From positions 15,688 to 79,687 of the forward strand of contig VGZY01000004.1 in NCBI GenBank assembly GCA_016872355.1: DNA of 64,000 bases. The letters run 5' to 3'. Numbering within the stretch: position 1 is the first letter of the stretch; every line of letters starts with the position of its first letter. Source of the stretch: SAR202 cluster bacterium. Its GTDB lineage: Bacteria > Chloroflexota > Dehalococcoidia > Lucifugimonadales > VGZY01. The notes under the pieces are model-generated. The model did no database searches. It saw only the letters and a list, made by a program, of their open reading frames with translations, and was not told the origin of the DNA. The translations under genes were made by a program, and so were the position numbers. Positions 9,646 through 17,062 of the stretch are shown here, in pieces.

Positions 9646-10980
9646 CTACTCCCCGTAGAACCACCGCGGGTCCAGCACCCGGACCCTGTTTCCGCGGTCG
9701 TGCGGCGCAAGGCCCAGCTTCTCCATGAGGGCGGTGTACTCGATCCCAAACTGCTCCCTGATCGCCGCCTTGTCGCCGAAGACGCAAATGCCATAGGTGA
9801 TCACCGCCTTGCCGTCCACGAACGTCAGCGCGGGCTCGTTCTGGCGGAGCGGGCCGGGCGCGCGGTGGTAGCGCTTGCGGTCGGTGGGCTGGCGGAACTT
9901 GCCGATGAGGAGGCGCTCGATCGGCGGCGTCTCGATGTACGCGACGTCGTCCAGGGACTCCAGGTTGCGGTGGTGCTGCCACGTCTCGCCATCGTCCTTG
10001 CTGATGGCGCAGGTGAGGCGGTGGCGGTAGTAGCCTTGCATAAGCTCCCACGGCGATGTCTGGTTCCAGATGACGAGCAGGTCCGTGTCGGCGTGATCCC
10101 TACCGTGTTCTCCTCTCCCGGCTCCGCGGGAGAGGACGTCCGGCTCCGCGGACAGGTGAGGGCGCGGTATCCTCTTGATGTTGCACGGCGCAGCCCCGGA
10201 CGCGAGGCCGGTCGGCACAGCCTCCGACCACGTCTCGCAGCCGTCGTCCGAGTACGCCTTGAAGTACTGGCCGAGCTGCGTGCGGCCGACCATCATCACG
10301 CGGCCGTCCTTCATCTCCACGACGGCGGGCTCCTCGATCGAGAACGAGCCGCCCACGCCGTTGCCCAGGATGACCCACGACTCATTCTTGCTCCGTTGCC
10401 ACGTCCGGCCTTCGTCGTCGGAGTAGTACGCGAAGCCGAACGCGAGCACGCCGCCCGCGCCGCCTGCGAAGTCCTCTCCGAAGCGCCGGAGCTTCTTCGG
10501 GTCGCCGCCCAGGTACTTTGTCCTGAGGGTCGCAAAGGAGGGCATCACAACGCGACCCGTCCGCAGAACGATGAGGTTGTCGTGGTTCGTGTGGATGTCC
10601 GTCCCCGGCGGGCTCACGTCCACGCCGTCCGACCACGTCGCCCCCTCGTCCGTCGACCTGTGGAATGTGTTGACGCTGGAGCCGTCCGCCGGTCGGTAAC
10701 GGGTCACGGAGAGCCCGATAGCGCCGCTGGTCAAACGCACGAGCTGCGTCTCGAAGGAGCCCGTGAGGGCGCCGCCGCCCGCCAGCTTCATAGACACGGG
10801 CGCGGTCCACATCTTTCCCATGTCCGACGAGTAGTTGACCTTGATCGGCCTGTCGTCCTTCGCGCCCTCGCCCCATACCCACATCAGCCGCCCGTCCTTC
10901 AGCCCAATGATGCTCGAATACGACGGGCTGAGCCCGACGGTATCCATCTTGATCGTAACGTTGGTAATTTCAGTGGACAC
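9646..10980 (-). CDS. BNR/sialidase-fold beta-propeller protein, paralogue 1 (no signal peptide)
   Basis: 444 aa with repeated SxDxGxTW (Asp-box) motifs: SSDMGKMWT, STDEGATWS, SDDEGRTWQ, SDDGCETWS, SKDDGETWQ. Contains a repeat-derived insert at 10095-10170. Confidence 0.8.
   Translation of the reverse strand: MSTEITNVTIKMDTVGLSPSYSSIIGLKDGRLMWVWGEGAKDDRPIKVNYSSDMGKMWTAPVSMKLAGGGALTGSFETQLVRLTSGAIGLSVTRYRPADGSSVNTFHRSTDEGATWSDGVDVSPPGTDIHTNHDNLIVLRTGRVVMPSFATLRTKYLGGDPKKLRRFGEDFAGGAGGVLAFGFAYYSDDEGRTWQRSKNESWVILGNGVGGSFSIEEPAVVEMKDGRVMMVGRTQLGQYFKAYSDDGCETWSEAVPTGLASGAAPCNIKRIPRPHLSAEPDVLSRGAGRGEHGRDHADTDLLVIWNQTSPWELMQGYYRHRLTCAISKDDGETWQHHRNLESLDDVAYIETPPIERLLIGKFRQPTDRKRYHRAPGPLRQNEPALTFVDGKAVITYGICVFGDKAAIREQFGIEYTALMEKLGLAPHDRGNRVRVLDPRWFYGE
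10095..10170. repeat. Hairpin repeat module embedded in frame in BNR paralogue 1
   Basis: CCTCTCCCGGCTCCGCGGGAGAGG ... GTCCGGCTCCGCGGAC AGGTGAGGG. It encodes RPHLSAEPDVLSRGAGRGEHGRDHAD, which is absent from paralogue 3. Confidence 0.8.
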
Positions 10981-11006
10981 TGGATTCTCCCGGCTCTTTG
11001 TATTGT

Positions 11007-11098
11007 CCCTCTCCCGGTTCGCGCGGCGGAACGGGAGAAGGAGGCTGTTAGCTCACTGCCGACTGCCGACTGCCGACTGCTCACTGCCCACTGCCATT
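11007..11098. repeat. Intergenic composite: hairpin (CCCTCTCCCG-N14-CGGGAGAAGG) + CTGCCGA-type heptamer array
   Basis: Hairpin at 11007-11043; heptamers CTGCCGA x3, CTGCTCA, CTGCCCA, CTGCCAT at 11050-11098. Fills the gap between BNR paralogues 2 and 1. Confidence 0.9.
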
Positions 11099-11102
11099 CC
11101 CC

Positions 11103-12461
11103 CTACTCCCCATAAAACCAGGCCGTCTTCAGCACGCGGACCCGGTTGCCGCTGTCGAAGGGGGCGAGCCCCAGCTTCTCCATAAGCGCCTGGTAGGACA
11201 CTCCGAAGCGCTGCGGGTTCTCCGCCTTGTCGCCGAAGGCGCGCACGCCGTAGGTGATAATGGCGGTGTCGCCAACGAAGGTGATCGATGGCTGGTTGCA
11301 CCTGAGCGGCCCCGGAGCGCGGTGTTAGCGCTTGCGGTCCACCGGCTGGGCCGTCTTGCCGATCAGGTCCGCCTCTACCGGCCCAGGTTCGATATACGCA
11401 ACGTCGTCCAGCGACTCCAGGTTGCGGTGGCGTTGCCACGTCTTGCCCTCGTCTTTGCTGACGGCGCAGGTCAGCCGGTGCCGGAAGAGGCCGTTCATCG
11501 TCTCCCACTGCGACGCCTGGTTCCAGATAACGAGGAGGTCGGCATCGGCGAGGTCGCTACCGTTTTCTCTTCTCCCGGCCCCGCGGGAGAGGATGTCGCG
11601 CTCCGGCGACAGGTGAGGGAGGTGAGGGCGCGGGATGCGAGTGACCGTCGCGGGTGAGGGGTAGCAGGCTAGGCCGGTAGGCTCGGGCATCGACCATGTC
11701 TCGCCGAGGTCGTCGGAATAGCACTGGAAGTGGCGGCCCAGGTTCGTTCGGCCGAGCATCATCACCCGCCCGTCAACGAGCTCCACCACAGCCGGCTCCC
11801 CCATCGAATAGCAGCCCAGCGCGCCGGTGTCCAGGACGACGAATGCCTCGTTGTTGCTGCGCTTCCAGGTGGCGCCCTCGTCGTCGGAGTAGTACGCGCT
11901 GGAGTACGCAAGCGCGCAGCGAGAGGCGCCGTCGAACGACTCTCCCAGTCGCTTGATGGCCCTTACGTCGCCCGTCGGCATCGGCCCCATCATGTCGTAG
12001 AAGGGGACAACTATCCGTCCATCCCTCAGGACTATCGAGCTCTCATTGGCGCATACGGCGTCCGCCCCCGGAGGGTTGATGCGCACCGGCGGCGACCACG
12101 TCGCGCCCTCGTCCTTCGAGGAGGTGAATATCAGCCCGGCGTGGTAGTCCGCCTCGTACGCGCCCGTGTGGGCATAGGCCCGCATCACGAGGCCGATGCC
12201 GCCGGACTTGAGCCTGAAGATGTTCGTTTCCATGATGGCCGGCAGCGGCCCGCCGGTCGTCAGCTTGAGGTGCACCGGCGCGGACCACGTCGCGCCACCG
12301 TCCTCGGAGAAGTTCGCCCGCACGGGCTTCACGGGGTCCGCGCTGCCGGAGCCGTACACCCACATGAGCCGGCCGTCGCGCAGCGGCAGCACAGCGCCGT
12401 AGGATGGGCTGAGGTCTACCGTGTCCAGCTTGATCGTCGCATTAACGAGATCCGACGCCAT
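11103..12461 (-). pseudogene. BNR/sialidase-fold paralogue 2, interrupted by one in-frame TAA
   Basis: The frame from MASDLVNATIKLDTVDLSPSYG (ATG 12459-12461) reads to ...QPVDRKR, then TAA at 11325-11327. It then continues in the same frame as HRAPGPLRCNQPSITFVGDTAIITYG...KTAWFYGE to TAG at 11103-11105. Paralogues 1 and 3 have Tyr at the stop position (RKRYHRAPGPL / LKRYHRSPGPL). Confidence 0.85.
11545..11640. repeat. Hairpin repeat module embedded in frame in BNR paralogue 2
   Basis: CTTCTCCCGGCCCCGCGGGAGAGG ... CAGGTGAGGGAGGTGAGGG. It encodes RPHLPHLSPERDILSRGAGRRENGSDLAD at the same site as in paralogue 1. Confidence 0.8.
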
Positions 12462-12480
12462 AGGCCTCCCTCCGGCTGTT

Positions 12481-12528
12481 ACCGACAGCTCACTGTTGCT
12501 CCGAACCCCGATTCCATCGGGGCCTACC
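12481..12528. repeat. Degenerate heptamers + CCCCGAT-TCC-ATCGGGG hairpin
   Basis: Intergenic between BNR paralogues 3 and 2. The hairpin core is shared with the 33089-33174 element. Confidence 0.6.
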
Positions 12529-13803
12529 CTACTCACCGTAGAACCAGCTCGACGACACTACCCGGACTTTGTTCCCCCGGTCGTACGGGGCGAGGCCCAG
12601 CTTCTCCATGAGCGCCTCGTACGATAAGCCGAACCGCTCCGGGATCTCCGCCTTGTCGCCGAAGACGCACATTCCGTAGGTAATGACCGCCTTGTCGCCA
12701 ACGAAGACACACGAGGGCTGGTTGAAGCGCAGCGGGCCGGGAGATCGGTGGTAGCGCTTGAGGTCCGCCGGCTGTTTGAACTTGCCTACGAGGTCGATCT
12801 GGATCGGCCCCGGCTCGATGTAGGACACGTCGTCCATCGATTCCAGGTTGCGGTGGTGCTGCCACGTCTTCCCCTCGTCCTTGCTCACAGCAGTGCTAAG
12901 GCGGTGGCGGTAGAGGCCGTTCATAGTTTCCCACTGTGATATCTGGTTCCAGATGACGACCAGATCGCCGGTGGTCGTGATGCGCTTGATCGTCGCCGGA
13001 GAGGGGTAGCATGCGAGCTGCGTCGGCTCCGGCTGCATCCACGTCTCGCCCGCGTCGTCGGATACGCTCTGGAAGAAGCGGCCAACGTTTGTGCGCGCCA
13101 GCATCAGCACCTTGCCGCCCTTCAGCTCCACCACGGCCGGCTCGCCCATGGAGTAGCTGCCTCCCGCGCCGTGTTCAAGGTTCACGAAGGCCTCATTGTT
13201 GCTCCGCCTCCACGTCGCGCCCTCGTCGTCGGAAAGGAACGCGCTGCAGTAGTAGAGCGTCGCGCGCTCGGGATTGCTGAAGCTCGCGCCGTACCTCTGC
13301 ACCGCCCGCACTTCGCCATACGGCTTCGCGCCGATGCCGATGTAGTACGGCACGATGATGCGGCCGCTGCTGTGGACGATCGACTTCTCGTTCGTAATGA
13401 CGGCGTTCGTTCCGGGCGGGTTGATAGTCACTGGCGGCGACCACGTCGCGCCCTCGTCTTGCGAGGCTGAGAAGATGATGCTCGCCTGGTAGTCGGCCTC
13501 GTATGCTCCGGCCTTCGCGGACCCCCGCAGCACAAGGCCGATGCCGCCGGACTTCAGTCTGAAGAGGTTCGTATCGAGGACGGCAACGAAGGGCTCGCCG
13601 GTCGTGAGTTTGAGGTGCACGGGCGCGGACCACGTCGCGCCTCCATCGCTGGAAAAGTTCGCCCGAACGGGGAGTGCGGGGTTGGCCCTGCCGGAGGTGT
13701 ATATCCACATCAGCCGCCCGTCGTTGAGCGGGATCACCGCCCCATAAGACGGGCTCTGGTCTACCTTGCCCATCTTCACGATGGTGTTTACGTATTCAGG
13801 CAT
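12529..13803 (-). CDS. BNR/sialidase-fold beta-propeller protein, paralogue 3
   Basis: 424 aa from MPEYVNTIVKMGKVDQSPSYG, with Asp-boxes SSDGGATWS, SQDEGATWS, SDDEGATWR, SDDAGETWM, SKDEGKTWQ. Lacks the repeat-derived insert (..IKRITTTGDLVVIWNQ..). Confidence 0.8.
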   Translation of the reverse strand: MPEYVNTIVKMGKVDQSPSYGAVIPLNDGRLMWIYTSGRANPALPVRANFSSDGGATWSAPVHLKLTTGEPFVAVLDTNLFRLKSGGIGLVLRGSAKAGAYEADYQASIIFSASQDEGATWSPPVTINPPGTNAVITNEKSIVHSSGRIIVPYYIGIGAKPYGEVRAVQRYGASFSNPERATLYYCSAFLSDDEGATWRRSNNEAFVNLEHGAGGSYSMGEPAVVELKGGKVLMLARTNVGRFFQSVSDDAGETWMQPEPTQLACYPSPATIKRITTTGDLVVIWNQISQWETMNGLYRHRLSTAVSKDEGKTWQHHRNLESMDDVSYIEPGPIQIDLVGKFKQPADLKRYHRSPGPLRFNQPSCVFVGDKAVITYGMCVFGDKAEIPERFGLSYEALMEKLGLAPYDRGNKVRVVSSSWFYGE

Positions 13804-13882
13804 GGCATGCTCCCGCGAGTTTAGCCGGTGGCGGCTCCGGTGTAGCGGAGCCGTCCGTGGGGAGCATAGTAGAGTCACAGGC

Positions 13883-14209
13883 CTATTCTGGCAATAGCCT
13901 CAGGGCGTCAACGTGCCGGGGGCGGAGAATGCGAAAATGCCGCTGGTCAAGAGTGGCAAGCTTTGGCTCGCGAAGGCGTTCGACTATAGCAAGGACGGAA
14001 GCATCTACGAAGCCGATGTCGGAGTCCGCGTACCGTACGCAGAGCTCATGGACACGGAGATAGTCAGCTGGCGTAAGGTCTTCAACCAAGTACGCGCCGG
14101 AGAGGACGTCCTCAAGTAAAACAAGAAAAGCCTGAGTCTGGCCACGGCTAGTGAGAAGGTACTCAGTTTCTGCACTAGCGCCATGACCTGGGCACCGTCT
14201 TAATATCAC
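13883..14209 (-). CDS. VapC-family PIN toxin, apparently lacking the N-terminal catalytic segment (remnant?)
   Basis: The C-terminal two thirds (GAYLVEDLTPADYLRVHELCVRYADSDIGFVDASVLAIVERLREPKLATLDQRHFRILRP) look like a VapC. No N-terminal ..LDTS.. acidic motif can be found, and the longer ORF runs out of frame across the antitoxin gene. The start is uncertain (GTG 14207-14209 is possible). Confidence 0.5.
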   Translation of the reverse strand: MILRRCPGHGASAETEYLLTSRGQTQAFLVLLEDVLSGAYLVEDLTPADYLRVHELCVRYADSDIGFVDASVLAIVERLREPKLATLDQRHFRILRPRHVDALRLLPE

Positions 14210-14399
14210 CTGCGCTCCTGGCGGTGTCCGAATGGCCGGAGGCAAACATCCCGATGCTCTTGGGCCGAGGTCTATGGCTTTTCGTTTTTTCTTCGAGTGC
14301 TTCACGCACAATAGCAGCTACGGATGTGCCTCGCTCGGAGGCAATTGTCCGAAGTCGTTCCAGCAATTCCTCAGGTATAGATATCGTTGTGCGTTCCAT
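14175..14399 (-). CDS. Ribbon-helix-helix (CopG-type) antitoxin
   Basis: 74 aa. MERTTISIPEELLERLRTIASERGTSVAAIVREALEE. Confidence 0.8.
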   Translation of the reverse strand: MERTTISIPEELLERLRTIASERGTSVAAIVREALEEKTKSHRPRPKSIGMFASGHSDTARSAGDIKTVPRSWR

Positions 14400-14567
14400 G
14401 TCATGATCATACCATCGCAGGCCCTTACGTACAATTCAGCTATACATTTCCCTCCGGCGGCTTCCGCCACCCGAGCGCCTCGCGCACTTTCTTGCTCTCT
14501 TCCCGCGGGTTTCCTCCAGCTTTTCGCAATGTTACACTCAGTTTGGAAATGCTGCCTTCCCGGTTTT

Positions 14568-14618
14568 CCTAACACCTAACACCTAACACCTAACACCCAA
14601 TCCCTGACACCTAACACC
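14568..14618. repeat. Heptamer tandem array (CCTAACA)4-CCCAATC-CCTGACA-CCTAACA
   Basis: Seven consecutive 7-nt units end 2 nt before the ATG at 14619. They lie in the divergent region between 14399 (-) and 14619 (+). Confidence 0.9.
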
Positions 14619-14987
14619 ATGCCTGACACCAACGTCAAAATTCACGACTATGCCGACGAGCTGATATCCACGCCGCGCGCGCACCTGGCGCTTGATCTGT
14701 CGCAGGACGAGCAGGGGCTGAAGCTCAGCCACGACGGGAAGATGCTCGTGGAGTGCTACATCACGCGGGATGGGATGGCTGCGGGCGGGTTCATGGCGAA
14801 GGCGCTGGGGGTAAAACTTCCACCGCTGGGAAAGGCCGTGAAGGCGCGCGTCTCCACAGGGGTCCTCTTCCGAGCGGTATCTATAGCGTCGCTGGACTTC
14901 AACGTCGAGGAGTCGTTCGAGCTTCTGGAGCGGTGGCTGGAGGAGGCAGAGCTTCAGCGCGGCGGTGAGGATGTGTCGGCGTCGTAG
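14619..14987 (+). CDS. Hypothetical protein (no family recognised)
   Basis: 122-aa ORF MPDTNVKIHDYADELISTPRAHLALDLSQDEQ.... No Shine-Dalgarno is visible because the heptamer array reaches the start codon. Confidence 0.45.
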   Translation: MPDTNVKIHDYADELISTPRAHLALDLSQDEQGLKLSHDGKMLVECYITRDGMAAGGFMAKALGVKLPPLGKAVKARVSTGVLFRAVSIASLDFNVEESFELLERWLEEAELQRGGEDVSAS

Positions 14988-15004
14988 CCCCAGGCAATAG
15001 CAGA

Positions 15005-15406
15005 TTAGTTCGGCGTGCCGCCTGGACCCAGGTACTTGTCTGCGGCCGTGCGAAGTTTGTCGTCGAAGGTTACCAGGGGCGCGCCTAGCTTTTTCGAAAG
15101 GTATAGATAAGACGCATCGTAAATTGAGAGCTTCGTCTGAAGGGCTATATCCAGAACTTCAGAATGGTCTACCGGCACCCAATGGATCTTCATTGCCAAA
15201 GCGAAGCTCAGTTGCGATGCAATTGATTGGTATCGGTATATATCGGCCAGAATCTTCTTTTTCGCTACGTTACACAACTCATAGGCAAGCAAATGAGGCT
15301 CGAAAAACTCATCAACCCCCTCAAGTAGGGTCTTGGCTTGGACCGCGGAAGGCTCCTCGAAGGCAATGGCGGCGAAGATAGAGGCGTCCACCACCTTACC
15401 TGGCAT
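15005..15406 (-). CDS. vapC: PIN-domain toxin (VapC family)
   Basis: 133 aa. KVVDASIFAAIAF... and IYDASYLYLSKKLGAPLVTFDDKL motifs. Overlaps the upstream antitoxin by 11 nt. Lower GC than the flanks. Confidence 0.85.
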   Translation of the reverse strand: MPGKVVDASIFAAIAFEEPSAVQAKTLLEGVDEFFEPHLLAYELCNVAKKKILADIYRYQSIASQLSFALAMKIHWVPVDHSEVLDIALQTKLSIYDASYLYLSKKLGAPLVTFDDKLRTAADKYLGPGGTPN

Positions 15407-15629
15407 CCCGGTCCTCTCTTATCCATCGCGTTGATTCGTTGGGCGTTTGTACGCCCAGCGCTTTAGCTCGTTCGCTTAACTCACGGACTGTCACGTATTG
15501 AGGCTTGACCGCGGCTTCAAGGATCGCCAAGAGTTCACCATTGACTGATCGATGGTTCTGTTTAGCTCGTTCGCGAAGCAGCTCGGCAATATCGTCAGGT
15601 ACATTCTTTAAGGTCCAGCTGACTGACAT
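15396..15629 (-). CDS. Arc/FitA-type RHH antitoxin
   Basis: 77 aa. WTLKNVPDDIAELLRERAKQNHRSVNGELLAILE. Confidence 0.75.
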   Translation of the reverse strand: MSVSWTLKNVPDDIAELLRERAKQNHRSVNGELLAILEAAVKPQYVTVRELSERAKALGVQTPNESTRWIREDRDAR

Positions 15630-15693
15630 AGCGGTGCTCCTTGGTTGTATATAGGAACCATTCTACCTTCAAAACAGCACCATTGCAACCTCT

Positions 15694-16944
15694 TTACTCC
15701 ACGAACCGCCGTATCACGAGGCAGGCGTTCTGGCCGCCGAAGCCGAAGCTGTTGGAGAGGACCGTGTCCACCTTCTTCTGCCGCGCGACGTTCGGGACGT
15801 AGTCCAGGTCGCACTCCGGGTCCGGCGTCTCGTAGTTGATCGTCGGGTGTATGGTGCCCGTCTGTATCGTCTTAACGGAAACGACCGCCTCGATCGCGCC
15901 CGCGCCGCCGAGGGCGTGGCCGATCATCGATTTCGTGGAGCTCATTGGCACCTTGTACGCCTGCTCGCCGAACGCCTTCTTCACCGCCAGCGTCTCCGCG
16001 TGGTCGTTCTTCGGTGTGGACGTGCCGTGAGCGTTGATGTAGTCCACGTCCCGCGGGCCGATGCCGGCGTCCTCCAGCGCCCACCGGATAGCGCGCGCCG
16101 CGCCCAGGCCCTCGTCGTCCGGCTGCACCTGGTGGAACGCGTCCGACGAGACGCCCTGCCCAATGACCTCCGCCAGGATATTCGCGCCGCGCTTCACTGC
16201 GTGCTCCAGGCGCTCGAGAACGAGTATGGCCGCCCCCTCCGACGGCACAAAGCCGTCGCGCCCCGCCTCGAACGGCCGGCTCGCCTTCGTGGGGTCGCCC
16301 TCCCGGCGGGACAGCGCCTTGATCACGTTGAAGCCGCCCAGGCCGAGCTGGCTGATGCCCGCCTCGCAGCCGCCCGCCAGGATCAGGTCCGCCGCGCCGC
16401 GCCTTATCGCCTCCGTTGCCTCGCCAACGCCCTGCGTGCCGGCAGCGCAGGCGGTGATGATCGTCGAGGTGTAGCCCTTCAGGCCGAACAGGCGGCTCAC
16501 GTTGGACGCGGCCATGTTCGGGAGGATCATCGTGATGAAGAAAGGGCTCATCCGCATGCCGCCCTTGTCCACCAGCACGCGGGCGTTCTCCTCGGTCGTC
16601 GGGAAGCCGCCGTTGCCGTTGCCCATTACGACTCCCAGGCGCTCGCTGTCCAGCTTGCTGAAGTCCAGGCCCGCGTCCTTCACGGCCATCGCCGCCGCCG
16701 CCACCGAGAGCTGCGAGAAGCGCGCCTGCCGCTTCGCCTCCTTCCCGTCGAAGTAGCTCGCGGGGTCGAAGTTCTTCACCTCTCCCGCAATCTTGCACGG
16801 GAACGGCGATGCGTCGCACAGCGTGATCGGCGCGATGCCGGAGACGCCCTTCACCAGGTTGCCCCAGAACTCATCGACGGTCTGGCCCAGCGGCGTCATC
16901 GCCCCCATGCCGGTGATTACGACGCGCTTCCTGTTTTCTCTCAT
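15694..16944 (-). CDS. fabF: 3-oxoacyl-ACP synthase II
   Basis: 416 aa. Active-site ITACAAG (Cys), NAHGTSTP and GHALGGAG His motifs, C-terminal NSFGFGGQNA. Confidence 0.95.
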   Translation of the reverse strand: MRENRKRVVITGMGAMTPLGQTVDEFWGNLVKGVSGIAPITLCDASPFPCKIAGEVKNFDPASYFDGKEAKRQARFSQLSVAAAAMAVKDAGLDFSKLDSERLGVVMGNGNGGFPTTEENARVLVDKGGMRMSPFFITMILPNMAASNVSRLFGLKGYTSTIITACAAGTQGVGEATEAIRRGAADLILAGGCEAGISQLGLGGFNVIKALSRREGDPTKASRPFEAGRDGFVPSEGAAILVLERLEHAVKRGANILAEVIGQGVSSDAFHQVQPDDEGLGAARAIRWALEDAGIGPRDVDYINAHGTSTPKNDHAETLAVKKAFGEQAYKVPMSSTKSMIGHALGGAGAIEAVVSVKTIQTGTIHPTINYETPDPECDLDYVPNVARQKKVDTVLSNSFGFGGQNACLVIRRFVE

Positions 16945-16977
16945 ATAGACCTCACGAATTCGACCGATATTCCCAAT

Positions 16978-17062
16978 GTAGAGACGCCCCGCTGGGGCGT
17001 CTCATGCGTTGCCGCAACACGTTTGCCCAAACCACCGAGACGACCCGGAGGGTCGTCTCTAC
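16978..17062. repeat. 85-bp nested-palindrome element (two inverted GTAGAGACG-hairpins around a 33-nt core)
   Basis: + strand: GTAGAGACGCCCC-GCT-GGGGCGTCTC (16978-17003). - strand: GTAGAGACGACCC-TCC-GGGTCGTCTC (17062-17037). The right arm overlaps the folC stop codon. Confidence 0.8.

Noticed and set aside
14568-14618. Heptamer arrays (also 3632-3647, 6878-6905, 11050-11098, 33226-33270, 54527-54557, 56312-56343) as CRISPR arrays
   Set aside because: The units are 7 nt, directly tandem without spacers, and there are no cas genes. They are short tandem repeats, not CRISPR.
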